NCBI GenBank assembly: GCA_977017645.1
Contig: OZ360245.1
Span: 37,944,001 to 38,008,000, forward strand
Origin: Torpedo marmorata
Lineage: Eukaryota
DNA: 64,000 nucleotides
Reading direction: 5' to 3'
Below the pieces are notes generated by a model. It made no database searches, was not told the origin of the DNA, and saw only the letters and a program-made list of their open reading frames with translations. Each line of letters starts with the position of its first letter. Positions within the stretch are counted from its first letter, which is position 1. The translations under genes and the position numbers were made by a program. Positions 23,809 through 36,310 of the stretch are shown piece by piece.

Positions 23809-24011
23809 TGAATTAGATTTAATTTGTGTGATAGAGAGCCGAAAAATTGATAGACATTAGTTTTGTTCAATGATTAAAGTAAAAACCGCGTCTTCCAAAA
23901 TCAGACTGCTGAAAACCTAATTCATAAATTTGTAACGTAGTTTAATGTTGCAGATATATTTCTGTTTATAACTCATCTTTAGAAAAGAAGTGAGCTCGTT
24001 TTCTTGAGAAT

Positions 24012-24510
24012 ATCAGATTTCAGATTTATTGTCAGAGTACATACATAACATCACATACAACCCTGAGATTCCTTTTTCCTGCGGGCACGGCAGAATTACC
24101 ATCTATTGTTAGTGCAAAAATAAACTAAACTGTACACAGCGTAAACATGTAAACAAACAAAGAACTGTAAACAGATAACAAATGTAAACAAACTGACTGT
24201 GCAAACAGAGAGAACAAAAAGAATATCAATAAAGTGCACAAGTAAGAGTTCTTAAATGAGTCTCTGATAGAGTTTGTCATTGAGGAGTCTGATGGTGGAG
24301 GGGCAGCAGCTGTTCCTGGTGCGAGTCTTGTGGCACCTATACGTCTTTCCTGATGGCAGCAGCGAGAACAGTGCGTGTGCTGGGTGGTGTGGGTCTTTGA
24401 TGATTGCTGCTGCCCTCCGACGGCAGCGTTCCCTGTAGATGTACTCAATAGTGGGGAGGGTTTTGCCTGTGATGTCCTGGGCTGTGTCCACTACCTTTTG
24501 CAGGGCTTTA
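24012..24510 (-). mobile_element. Rex1/Babar LINE 3' fragment
   Basis: ALQKVVDTAQDITG...IIKDPHHPAHALFSLLPSGKTYR; tail gacaataaatctgaaatctga on minus. Confidence 0.85.
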
Positions 24511-24969
24511 CGCTCACATATCACATATCTTGTGCATTGAAATATCTCACTGTTAGATGGTATTATTGGCATTGTCATAGACTATTTTCCTAAGTTGTCT
24601 AAATTCAATGCTATTAAGTTTAAAAGCTTCTGTATAAATATAGACTCATTGAGTTAATATTCAACAAAAAATAGTACAGTATCATTTTCAACAATGAACT
24701 GCGGCATCGATCGAAGACAAGCAGCAGAATTTAAGACATGTTTACCATTTCACCTCCCTCAGCAACCATTGTAACCAATGCCAGATTTTTAATTCCATTT
24801 CCATAATGAAATTAAATATCAGGCACTGTGAATTAAGGCTGGATGATACACTGCAAGTGATATTTTTCCCAGTCATTGTGATCACAACACTGACCACAAT
24901 GGGATTTTTTTTCCGTGATTTCTGTACAACAGAATGTGTCATGTGGTTTTCTGACATTCTCATTTCTGC

Positions 24970-25320
24970 ATCAAAAGCTTTTTGGGTTCAAGTCCCACTC
25001 CAGAGACTTGAGCAGAAAAATCCAAAACAAAACTAAAGGAATGTTACACTGCCTAAAATATTGTCTTTAAGATGAGCCATTGAATATGGGCCCTGTCCGT
25101 TCCCTTCAGTGGATGTGAAAAATCTCAAGGAATTATTTTATGGAAGGGTGGAGGAATTCTTTCCACTGACCTGGCCAATGTTTCTGTTTGTGAATCTTGC
25201 TGAGTACAATTATGGCCATCATTTATTTTCTGCATTGCAAGATTGGAGTGCTTCAGAAATCATGCATTTGCTGAAAATGCTTAGAATGAAAGGCACTATG
25301 CAAATGCAATTTTTGCTGCT
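24970..25320 (+). mobile_element. Ancient Deu-domain SINE
   Basis: gggttcaagtcccactccagagacttgagca head, gtcttt..gatgag and ggatgtgaaaaatctcaagg core, atgcaaatgcaa tail. Confidence 0.6.
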
Positions 25321-25479
25321 TTATAAGTTATTCTTGTCATTTAATTATGGGAACAGGACATAGGGAAGATTTGACAATGGAATCTGGGGAGGGCAGAGAT
25401 GAGATAGCTTCACGCAGAGAGGATAATTTCAATGGACTATCTGCACTGCTAAATAGTAGACCATTTTTCAGATGCCACT

Positions 25480-26200
25480 TCCATCTGGAGCTCCCGGTGA
25501 GAAGCCATTTTGACTCCCCTCCACATTCCCACACCAACCTGTCTATCCAAGGCCTCCACTGTCAGGGTGATGCCAAATGCAAAGGAGATGAACACCACCT
25601 CATATTTTGCCTGGATAGTCTATAAACCCAACAGCATGAACAATGAATTCTCCAATTTCAGGTAACCCCCTCAGTTCCTTTCCCTCCTGATCCACTCAGG
25701 TCCTCTCATGCTCCCCTGTTCTTTCCTTGCCCCCCTCCCCAACAGCTCACTGTTACCCATTTACCTTTTCCTCTCCCACCTGGATCCATTTTCCCATCAC
25801 TTCTACTCTCCTCCTGCTGGTTCTCCTATTCCCTCCTGTGACTGATCCCATATGCCACCCTCTTTCCCTTATTGTTCCAATCCACACCTTCTTTTCTTAT
25901 CAGATTCCATAACCTCCAGCCCTTTGCTGTCTCCACATCGCCTTCTAGCCTCTATTTCCACCCTTCCCTCCCCCAAAATGGCTCCATCTTCCCATCAACC
26001 CCTCGTCACCTCTCTGTTACCAGCTCCTGCCTCACCCTCCCTCTTCCTCTCATCTCTTTCTACTGGTTATCTCCCCTTTGACACTCCCAGTACAGATTCA
26101 GGGGCTCTAGTCAAACTACTGACTATCTCTTTACCTCCACAGACACTACCTGACCCTCTGAGTTCCTCCAGCAGTTTGTTTTTGAGTTTCCAAGTAATGT
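25480..26200 (+). mobile_element. Degraded Penelope 3' end
   Basis: ELPVRSHFDSPPHSHTNLSIQGL...DEHHLIFCLDSL matches the GIY-YIG C-terminus; pyrimidine-rich UTR. Confidence 0.75.
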
Positions 26201-26320
26201 TCCAGATTTTGAATTTCAAACCACTAACATCAAAATAAAGCAAGCCTTTCCTTCCCCTCATTCGAATATACAGGAAGCAAAATGGCAATGTCTGCCATTG
26301 TTTTTATTTTATCTTGGCCC

Positions 26321-26600
26321 CAGTGCCAGATTTAGACTTGGTGAGGCCCTAAGCTATATAAAGCTTGGAGGCCCCTTGTTAAAAAAAATTACAATACAAA
26401 TTATTTTCAAATGAATGCATTTACTGATTACATATTTATCATTTGGTTGGCTTGATCTCTTTCATAGATTATAATATAGTATAGCTTGGAAACAATACTT
26501 AAGTGTAATTTTTAAAATACATTAATATATTTTTGAGGCCCCTACGGATTGTGAGGCCCTAAGCTGTAGCTTGTTTAGCTTATGCCTAAATCCAGTACTG
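26321..26600. mobile_element. hAT-type MITE
   Basis: TIRs cagtgccagatttag / ctaaatccagtactg, 8-bp TSD cttggccc/cttgggcc, subterminal gaggccctaagct repeats. Confidence 0.8.
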
Positions 26601-27321
26601 CTTGGGCCTCCAGCATTGCATCGCCTTTCACCTTCTTATTATTGCCTTTGCCTATTCATTCCTTTCATTATTTTTTTGGTTAGACCAGCTATTTGTTTCA
26701 GACCCCAGAGGCATTTGCAAGCACGAGGTTGTTAATGGCAATCAAACGCTTTCACACTTAAGGCAGAATGTTTGATTTAATCGCAGAGCTGTCTATTATT
26801 CTGCTGCCCTATTCCATGGAGGCAGCCTTCTGATCAAATGCTCACTCCCAGGAGCATTGGTTTTTTTGTTGTGTCTAAATCCTCAGTACAAATTGCAGTA
26901 TTCCTGTGCTCCCAGTGGGATTCATTACTGCCTGTGGGGCATTAAAGATCATTAATAGTGCTGTCAGAGAAGCTAGCCAGTTGCTTAGCTTCTCATAAAT
27001 GGGAAATTAATACATCTGGTTCATTAATAATGCCTTGTGTTTGATGTTTGTTGGCTGGCAGCTTTAATGATGTAGGTCTGGGGCGACAGGGCACTTCACC
27101 AAGTTAGATTTTCCAATTAGCCAGACGTTGTTTTTTTCTCCTCTCTTCGAATGAATCAGTCCTCAATTATCACCTGCGTATAAAAATTGGGGAGTGGTAA
27201 AAGTGAGAATGTGATGACAACTATTTACACTTACCATTTATCCATTAATCTTTGGTCTTTCTGGAAACCATTCTTGCAAAGTGATCTGGGGGAACATTTT
27301 AATGAGGGAAAGACTGTCAAT

Positions 27322-28342
27322 AGCCCCTTTCACACTGGCAACCCACTAAATAGGCGAGTAAACGACCGGGTTGCAGTACCCGGTGAGCCATTCACACTGG
27401 ACCATGAATTACCTGGTTCATGTGGATATCGTGGATCTAAGAGGGGGCCCAACCTCCAGTGGTGACGCCCCAAGTGACGTATTACGTTCTCGCAGGGCAG
27501 TGAAATCGTAGTGGGAATAAAGCACATAAGCGTACAATGTATAAAAGAGCGTGGGAAAAAACACGCATAATTTAATAAGACATACGCGCGCAATGTATAA
27601 AAGACTGTGGGAAAAACCGTGCACAATTTAATAAGACATACGCGCGCAATATATAAAAGTCCGTGGGAAAATCTACTGCAGTGGGCTTCAGACTGTTCAA
27701 ACTTGGGAACTGAGAGGACATTGGGCTGAGCACTAATGCTAGTTCTGTGATCATACTGGGTAAAGAAGAACATCCTAGCGCTTACATTGTATTAGGTATT
27801 ATAAGTAATCTTGAGATGATTTAAAGCACAGGTATGCGCTGACAGCTCCACCGGCCACCCTGTGACAACTCCACCGGCCGCGCGCTGACAGCCCCGCCGG
27901 TCGCCCTGTGACAGCCCCGCTGGCCGCTCTGTGACACCTCCACCGGCCGTGTGCTGACAGTCCCGCCGGCTGCTCTGTGACACCTCCACCGGCCGTGTGC
28001 TGACAGCCCCGCTGGCCGCTCTGTGACAGCTCCACTGGCCACCCTGTGAAATACAACTGCACTGATATTAAAACTACCAGACTGACGCATGCACGCAGGC
28101 ACTGACGTCACTAATGGTACCCGGTAGAGCCGGTTGCCTGTTCACATTGCAGTCTACCAGGTACCAAGTCAAATCCGAGTTAACTTGGCCGGGCTCTGAT
28201 ACAACCCCCTACCAAGTATCAGAGCCCGGTTGATTTTTACCCCCCCTGCCCGGTTGGGAGCGTTCACACTGGCAGGTGACCCGCTAAATACCCACTAAAT
28301 TGCCCTGTTCAACCCACGTTATTTGGCAGTGTGAAAGGGGAT
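27322..28342. mobile_element. Harbinger-like non-autonomous element with internal tandem repeats
   Basis: TIRs cccctttcacactg / cagtgtgaaagggg, repeated ttcacactgg motifs, ~60-bp repeats at 27520-27670 and GC-rich ~20-bp repeats at 27840-28050. TSD not clear. Confidence 0.7.
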
Positions 28343-28449
28343 TTTGTTTGCAACTTAAAGGAAACCAGTTCTATTTGTACAATGCCTCCACTGTGATCAA
28401 GGGTTTCAAGCACCTTATGAGAAGCAAGTAGTGACTGAAGAAACAGAGC

Positions 28450-29035
28450 TGCTGTAATGCCAAAGTGAGCCATTGCTATATCCAGCCCTGTGCTGGTTTC
28501 TTGGCCAGTCTCCCCAGGAGATCCTTAATGTATACCCGAGACTTTGCAATCACTTGCTGCCCTCGAGGCATTTGTGATGGGAATGGGACCATTGTGCATG
28601 TGCTGGAATGTTCATTTGCCAAGAAAGTCTGGAAAGAGGTGCAGTGTTCTTTGTTAAGGTTCATCCTGTTCAGCTGCTTGACACAAGACGGTGCTCTCTG
28701 GATTGTTCCCAGGAACAATTACAGAGACAAATATCAACTGCTCTCAGGAACGCACAAAGAAACAAGTATCTGCTGCTTCCAGAAGACCATTCACTTGGAG
28801 AAAAGTTCCCTATGGTCTGCCCAAAACTCACTGGTCTTCCAGAAGAACTGAATGCTGCAGACTGGCACACTCAGTAGGTCTGGGACTACCAGCTGAAGAG
28901 TCTGTTGAAGGTTTGTGCAGTGGCCACAACAACCCAGATGGGAAAGGCCCCAATTTATCATCCTCCTACCATTGTACAGCAAGGGTCTGGACCTGTGTGA
29001 AAACCCTTTGGGTTGTCATGTTAATGTAATATAAA
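28450..29035 (+). mobile_element. Degraded Tx1/L1 3' fragment
   Basis: CPRGICDGNGTIVHVLECSFAKKVW zinc knuckle; homologous to 22090-22450. Confidence 0.7.
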
Positions 29036-29039
29036 CACA

Positions 29040-30260
29040 TTGACCAACGTCTCCATTATCTCCATTCACTTCCTCCAAATTAAAAGTTCATCCATGGGAA
29101 CCCACCAGGGTCCAATCTTTCTGAAATTCGTGGAAGAGTTCTCATTTCAACACAGCAACCCCCCCCCCCCCTCCCACCCCCACTTCATCGCTCCTTTTTT
29201 CGATAGAGCAGGGCTGTGTCCTGCTTTTGTAGAGAATCATCAGTTCCATCTTCTTTACTGCCACCCTACTCTCACATTTGGACGATCCATCTCTAACTCT
29301 AACTCTTCCTCTTCCTCTATTGGTAACTCCTCTGTTACCAAGGCTTCGTGATCAATATCCGTTACAAACACACAGATTCCCACAGCAGTCTTGGATACTA
29401 CACCCAGGTGGGTTTCTGTAAGGACTCTGGTTTCTAGGGCTCCGTTAAAGCGTTCTGACGACACTTTCTCATAATGGTGCTTCTGTGATGTTTTCCTTTT
29501 CCCTGTTCTAGACTGACAGCACTTTCCACTGCATCCGTGTCCCCTGTTATTGCTCTTACCCCCTCTTCTCTCACCCCGCACAAGGAGAGGGTTCCTCTTG
29601 CCTTCAACTTGCACTACAGGATCTCCACAATTAATGAATCATCCCTTGTAATTTTCACAACTTTCAAATGATTCTACCTTAAGACATATAATTCCCTCCT
29701 CTCCCTTTCACCATTCCACTTCCTCTGTAATTCCCTGCTTCATGCCCAAATCTCCACCACCTTCATTTGTTTTCTCACGGTTCCTTCCCATACAATGGCT
29801 GGAGGTGCAATGCCTGTGCCCTTTTAACTTTTCTCTTCCCATCCATCCACGAATCCTAACACTCCTTCCACGTGAAGCAGCAATTCTCTTAGATTTCTTC
29901 CAATTTAGCGTGCTGCATTCAGTGCTTCACAGATTGGATGATCACTTCACTGAACATCTCTGTCTAGTCTGCAAGGGTTGCCCTTCACCTCCAGTTCCCC
30001 ATCACTTCAATTGTCTTTCTCACTTCCACTCTAGCCTCTCATTGCTTGGCCTCTAACATGGTCCTACAAAGCCCAGTGAAAACTCAAAGAACAACATCTC
30101 ATTTACAGCCCAAAGAACTCAATAATGAATTCAATAATTTCAGCGAACCAGCCTTTCCTGTTTCTGCCCAAACATGCGAGTTCTAATGAAAGAACATCAG
30201 CTGTCATATTCACAGATTTTCTCTCTCCATAGATGCAGCCTGTCCAATTTCCAGCATTCT
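29040..30260 (+). mobile_element. Heavily degraded Penelope RT/GIY-YIG
   Basis: HFLQIKSSSMGTHQGP (RT motif B'), RLDDHFTEHL, aaactcaaagaacaacatctcattt. Confidence 0.7.
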
Positions 30261-30519
30261 CTTTTATTCAAGTTTTCCAACAATGGCGGTGTTGTATATC
30301 TCACAATTCCAGTTATTTTTCACTTCTTTTTCAACTACCCTCATTCAAATCCCTTTATTCATATCTCTTCCAGATAGATCAGCTGCTGTTACAAATATTC
30401 ACCACACTCCCTCAAGTGGTTTCATCACCTTTTGCCTCATACAGGTGTCCTTGATATCCACTCTACCGTCGACATTTCCTTTGTTTGCTCTACCTTTGAA
30501 ATTTAAAGCATGTTTCAAG

Positions 30520-31132
30520 AACTTCAAATTCCTGGGTGTCAACGTCTCCAAGGATCTGTCCTGGAGCCTCCATATCGATGCAATGATGAAGAAGGCTCGC
30601 CAGCGGCTATACTTTGTGAGGTGTTTGAGGAGATTCGGTATGTCACCGAAGACTCTCGAAAACTTCTACAGGTGTACCGTGGAGAGTATTCTGGCTGGTT
30701 GCATCACTGTCTGCTATAGAGATGTCAACACTCAGGACAAGAAAAAAACTCCAGAGGGTTGTTAACTCGGCCTGCGACATCACGGGCACCAGACTTCACT
30801 CCATCGAGGACATCTGCAAGGGGCGGTGTCTTAAGAAAGCAACCTCTATCCTCAAGGTCCCCCACCACCCAGGCCATTTTGTTACCATCGGGAAAAAGGT
30901 ACAGGAGCCTAAAGACGAGCACTCAGCGGCACAAGCACAGCTTCTTCCCCGGTGCCATCAGATTCCTGAATAATCAATGAACCAAAGACACTGCCTTACT
31001 TTGACTTTTCATGCACTATTTTTATTTATTTTTGTAAGGTCGTTTATATGAATGTTTGCACTGTGATGCTGCCGCAAAACAACAAATTTTGTGACTTGTT
31101 CAAGACAATAAATTCTGATTCTGATTCTGATT
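30520..31132 (+). mobile_element. Rex1/Babar LINE 3' fragment
   Basis: FKFLGVNVSKDLSWSLHI...KKARQRLYF...FYRCTVESIL; (ttctga)n tail. Confidence 0.9.
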
Positions 31133-31221
31133 TTCATTTCCAACTTTTGCCAATTTTGATGAAAGTTCTTTGACCAGAAACATTAACTTTGTTACTCCAA
31201 CCAAAGAAACAACCTGACCAA

Positions 31222-31356
31222 AATAAAAAAAAACACAAATGCTGGAGAAACTCAGCAGGTCAAACAGTGTCTTTTATGTAGCAAAGGTAGAAATACATAA
31301 CCGACGTTTCGGACTTGATCCCTTCATCAAAGTATGAGAAAATGCCGGCAGGCGAA
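31222..31356 (-). mobile_element. Young Penelope pLTR fragment inserted in an older pLTR
   Basis: Matches 22830-22958; flanked by aacctgacca on both sides (possible TSD). Confidence 0.75.
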
Positions 31357-32019
31357 CCTGACCAGCTGAATATTTACAGCATTCTCGGTTTTCATCTCCT
31401 CAAGTCTCCTCACCCCTCCTACTTAAGTTGCTCTTTCAAAACCCATTACTTTTTTACTCAAGGTTTTTGACATCTCTCCTAAAGTCATTTTGTGTGACCA
31501 GTCAGCTTTTTTTTTTATAAAACTCATATAAAGCGCTGAGAGATATTTAACTCATAAAAATACCATAGTGATGCCAAAATGACTGAGAGCAAAATTGAGA
31601 AGTGACTTTTAACAGAAGGTATGTCAACAGTATGACAGGACTCAATGAGGGAAGTCCAAACATTCACCAAGGAAGTCACACATGGAAAGAAGTGAGGTGT
31701 GCAGAGGTCAGAGTTGAAGGATCGTGGACATTGGCTGTGTTGGAGTGTGAAAGAAGATTGGAGAGGAAGGATGTACACAGGTCAAAGGTAGATTTGTGAA
31801 ACTGCATTCAAAAACCCTGATGAACAAGGTGGATTGGAACTGAAAATGATTTATTTTAATGCATCAAAATGGTTTTTGAATTATGCTGGCATTATTCCAG
31901 TGATTCAGGTTCTTAAGTCCAGGTAATAAATACAAATTTTAGATGTGAATATGAACATTAATTCATTCCTGTGTCAGTTGATATTCGGAGTATAAATTCC
32001 CTCTTTTATTGATTTTTTT

Positions 32020-32280
32020 TTTCATTTTTTTGGGATGTAGGCAAGGTCATCATTTATTGCATGTTATTGAAGGTTGTGATGAGCCACCTTCCTGAAGCAT
32101 CTGGTGAAGGTACACTCAAGGTGCTGTTGGACAGGGAGTTACAGAACTTACTGAAGGAATGATGAGAAAATCCATAGTCTAGGTGGCGCATAACTTGGGT
32201 GGTAACTGCATGTGGTGATGTTCCAATGTGCCTGCTGCCCTAGCCGTGATGGTGAGCAGGTCATGGGTTTGGCACCTCCT
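32020..32280 (-). mobile_element. Degraded LINE 3' fragment (CR1/L2 group)
   Basis: catttattgc...gaaggttgtgatgagccaccttc...ggtgaaggtacact motif recalled from shark LINE tails; no intact peptide. Confidence 0.4.
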
Positions 32281-34490
32281 GGTCTGGTTGCAAGATAATT
32301 CTCAGCAAGTTTATCTGTAGCTGATAATCAAAAAGAGAACTTTAAATATTCGTGACAATTTCAAGGAGGCTCTCTCAGGCTTTCCTCGTCATTTGGATTT
32401 GAATACATTTGCAATAACCACAGTCTGGACCCTGGCAGTTGAATCAAAATGGTAGTCTTGTGGTAGTTAAATACTGGGACCTTCTCAGGTGCCCTAAGTC
32501 GTGGTCAAAGTTGGCAGTAGAAATGTTTTGAAACCTAAATGTGGAACTGTATTCATCTCTCCCGTCTGTTGGACTGGAGAGTGTAAATTGATAAACTTCT
32601 CCAGACGGCTAACTACCACAGGAATCTATCAAACATACTCCATGTTTCAAAGCCACATTGAGTCCAATTTAAAAGTTGGCTTTTTTGGATGCCAGCAATT
32701 AAAATAGACGTAACTGAAGTTAACCACTGGCTGTGTTGATGGAAAAGGGAACCAGCTGAACTTGTCACCATAATGGCAAACAGGTGTTCAAATATGGATT
32801 TGAAAAAGCTAGTCGGAATAAAAGGCAAGCTTTTATGTTTTGAACTTTTAACTCAAGCTTTTCCTTCGCTGAACTCTGCAGTAATTTTTCAAATGGTAGC
32901 TGGCTGTTTAGGAGAAGTCAGGTAGACATTTTCAGCACTTTGCCCAGCTAGGGACAATTGGGTTGAAACCGTGTAAATGGTACGTCTGGGAAGAGAGCAT
33001 AGCTGAAAGGCAATTCATATTTTTTTATGGTCGTGATGGTTGAAATATATATTAATAATGGACTTTAAACAGAATTATAAATCAGTTCAGTTAGATAGCT
33101 CCTAAACAGAATTATTCATCTTACAAAAGAGTACTTCATGCCTGCCAGCAATAAACCATTTTTCACCTTCAAGTTCACCTGTTGAAAGGGCAGGTCTCTT
33201 CTGGCTGAATTCCCTTGATTCATTAATGTGTGTTGCTTTATGAATTTTTTATTTTTTTATATATCAGGGTATGTGAATTGCTGTTTCAACTGCAAAGGCT
33301 AAGCCCTAGCTCATAACATATCCCAGACCTCAGGAAGAATCATTAAAACACGTCTCTGTAGGACTCGAGCTGCATTCAATAAAAGATATTAAAGCCTACC
33401 ATTATAATGGAAGATTTGCACCATTAGTACTCTGAGAAACTACAGATGTGTTCAATTACTTTTTTATCTAGTTAGTACAGAAATAATTTCTTTCTAAAGG
33501 GTTTTAATGCATGCAGATTTGAACTGGTGGTAGTTTCAGTCCCTTGTGATGCTTTACACTTGTCCAAGCTGTAACTATGATGCTGCCGCAAAACACCGAA
33601 TTTCATGACTTGTTCGTGACAATAAATTCTGATTCTGATTCTGATCTGCAAAGAGACATCAAGGCAAATGCATTGTACTGTATATCTAGAATCTTGCTGT
33701 CATTGTTTTGGAAGGAATTTGAAGCTCCTGCTGTCGACCTCTGCAGTATCTAAAATCCTGGTTGCTCAGAGAATGGCGTGTTGAATAACATGCAGAGGTG
33801 CCACAAGATTGAATCTTACTGAGAAGGCAGCACAGTCTTGATAAAATGTTCAGATGTAAAGCTTCAACTGAGCCAGTCCAAATAACAGATAGTGTTCACT
33901 TAAAAAAAAAATAGTAAATCAAAGTCCATCTGTTCCTTTCACATCTCTTTTGCAACAGCTTTGCCAAACATGTTGCCATACGAGCTGCCATACTGCACAC
34001 ACTTATTTACTTGCACCTACCTCGTTATTTATAATAAATTAGTATAATTGTTTCAACTGCTTCTTTACTAAATATTTTAAGAGTTTGCTTTACATCACCA
34101 TCCATGTCTGTTGCTCCATTCAAGAGGTGGCTTTAATATTATATGTGTGATGAGGGATTCAAAGCAAGCTGCAGTTTATTAAACAGAGATGCTGAATTGC
34201 AGTTTTCTGAATACAGTTATGTAAACTCAATGCTTCCCCTTGTTCTTTCTTGTTCTCAAGTATATTATGACTTGGAGCTTTTTTATGACTAACCTTCTGA
34301 GTTCAATTTTAGAAGCATCGAATTTTTTGGCAATATCTCACGGCTTGTGCATTGAACAATATTTGTGAGAAAAGTGGTACTGCAGAATGTCTCAAGTGAT
34401 ACCTTTCACGAACCATCAGTGTAAGATCCAATAAACTGTCAGTGCACATTCTACAATAGGCCAATAGCTTATTTATTCATCTTCATGCAG

Positions 34491-34553
34491 GAGAACTGTT
34501 TATCACCCATGGTTCTGGGAGTCGTATTGCAGGAGCTCTGCGCTGAATTACCG
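34491..34553 (+). CDS. Candidate 63-nt internal coding exon of an unidentified host gene
   Basis: Acceptor ttattcatcttcatgcag| and donor ccg|gtatgt; GC/CpG richer than flanks; open in two frames (ENCLSPMVLGVVLQELCAELP or RTVYHPWFWESYCRSSALNY). Confidence 0.4.
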
Positions 34554-35284
34554 GTATGTTGATTTCAAAGCAATTCAGAGAACAGCCATGGCTCAGTAGT
34601 CAAATTACCACCTGGCTTCCTTTGAAGTCTCATGTTTATCCATCGAGTAGTTAAACCATACAACTAGCATTGGTGCAATGAGCCAAAGTGTGTGCCAAAG
34701 GGAAATGAATCATTTCAATTCCCAGAATTGGGAATTGTGAATCCCGCACGTAATCTGACCAAATTGAGGAATGTAATCATTCACATCTCTGCAGATTCTT
34801 CCTTAGTTGCAACCTCATTTGGTTGTTCTGACTCTTGCATCCCTAATCAGTTCCCATTTGTACTTTCATTCCAGTATGACTTTCAGCTTCTGTCCCTTCA
34901 TCCCTGACAATAGCACTCCCATTCCTTGAAGCCATGCAGTATCACATAAACAAACAGTCCATGTTGTGCTACCAGAACCACTACTGAACGTTATCCTTGA
35001 AAAGTTCCTCTTGTGCCAGCAATTCCACACCCATGGCCAAGTTTGCTACAGGCATGGCTCAGTGGGGAGATGTTTAATGGGTTTAAATTAACAGGAAGAC
35101 TTCTGTGGGAAATTCAGAACAGTCTGCTCCTTTAGAAACCAATTTTTACCACATTTGGAAAGTCAGAACATTCATTTAATAAAAGAAATGCTTCAAAAGA
35201 AATCAATTCGCAAACCAGTTCTGATGAAGGGTCCTGGACTTGAAATGTTATTTGTTTCTCTTTCCATAGATGTTGCCTGACCTG

Positions 35285-36020
35285 CAGAATTGGCCTCACC
35301 AATGTCTTATACAACTTTAACATAACATCCCAACTCCTATACTCAATACTTTGATTTATGAAGGCCAATAAGCCAAAAGCTCTCTTTACAACCCTATCCA
35401 AAAGTGACGCCACTTTCAGGGAATTATGTATCTGTATTCCCAGATCCCTCTGTCCTACCTCACCCTTACCGTTTATGCCCTTTCTTGGTTTGTCCTCCCA
35501 CAATGCAAACCTCACACTTGTCTGCATTAAATTCCATCTGCCATTTTTCAGTCCACTTTACCAGCTGCTCCAGATCCCTCTGCAAGCTTTGAAAACCTTC
35601 TTCGCTGTCCACATTACCTCCAATCTTAGTGTCATCTGCAAACTTGCTGATCCAATTTACCACATTATCATCCAGATAATTGATATAGATGACAAACAAC
35701 AATGGTCCCAGTACCGATCCCTGAGGCACACCACTAGTCACAGGCCTCCAAACTGAGAAGCAATCATCCACCACTACTCTCTGGCTTCTCCCAATCCAGT
35801 CATTGTCGAATCCACTTCACTACTTCACCATGAATACCTACCGTTTGAACCTTCCTGACTAATCTCCCATGCGGGACCTTGTCAAAGGCCTTACTAAAGT
35901 CAATGTAGACAACATCCACAGCCTTTCCTTCGTCATCTTTCCTGGTAACCTCCTCGAAAAACTATAAGATTGGTTAAACACGATCTACCACGCATAAAGC
36001 CGTGTTGACTATCCCTAATC
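35285..36020 (-). mobile_element. CR1 LINE RT fragment (3' half of the copy split by Penelope)
   Basis: VTSGVPQGSVLGPLLFVIYIN, ISKFADDTKIG, WQMEFNADKC, LYKTLVRP. Confidence 0.92.
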
Positions 36021-36310
36021 AGTAAAAAACTCAAATGCTGGAGAAATTCAGCAGGTCAAACAGTGTCTTTTATGTAGCAAAGGTAGAAATACATAACCGA
36101 CGTTTCGGGCTTGAGCCCTTCATCAAAGTATGAGAAAATGCCGGTAGGCGTCCGAACAAAAGAGTGAGGGGGGAAGGGGGATGGCAAAGGCAGGAGATGA
36201 TAGGTGGAGAAAGGAGGGAGGGGACAGCAGCAAAGAGGGGGAGGAGGGATGGCTGGGTAGCTGGAGAAAAACAGGAAGGACAGGTGAGGGGAAGGGAACG
36301 ACAAGCAGGT

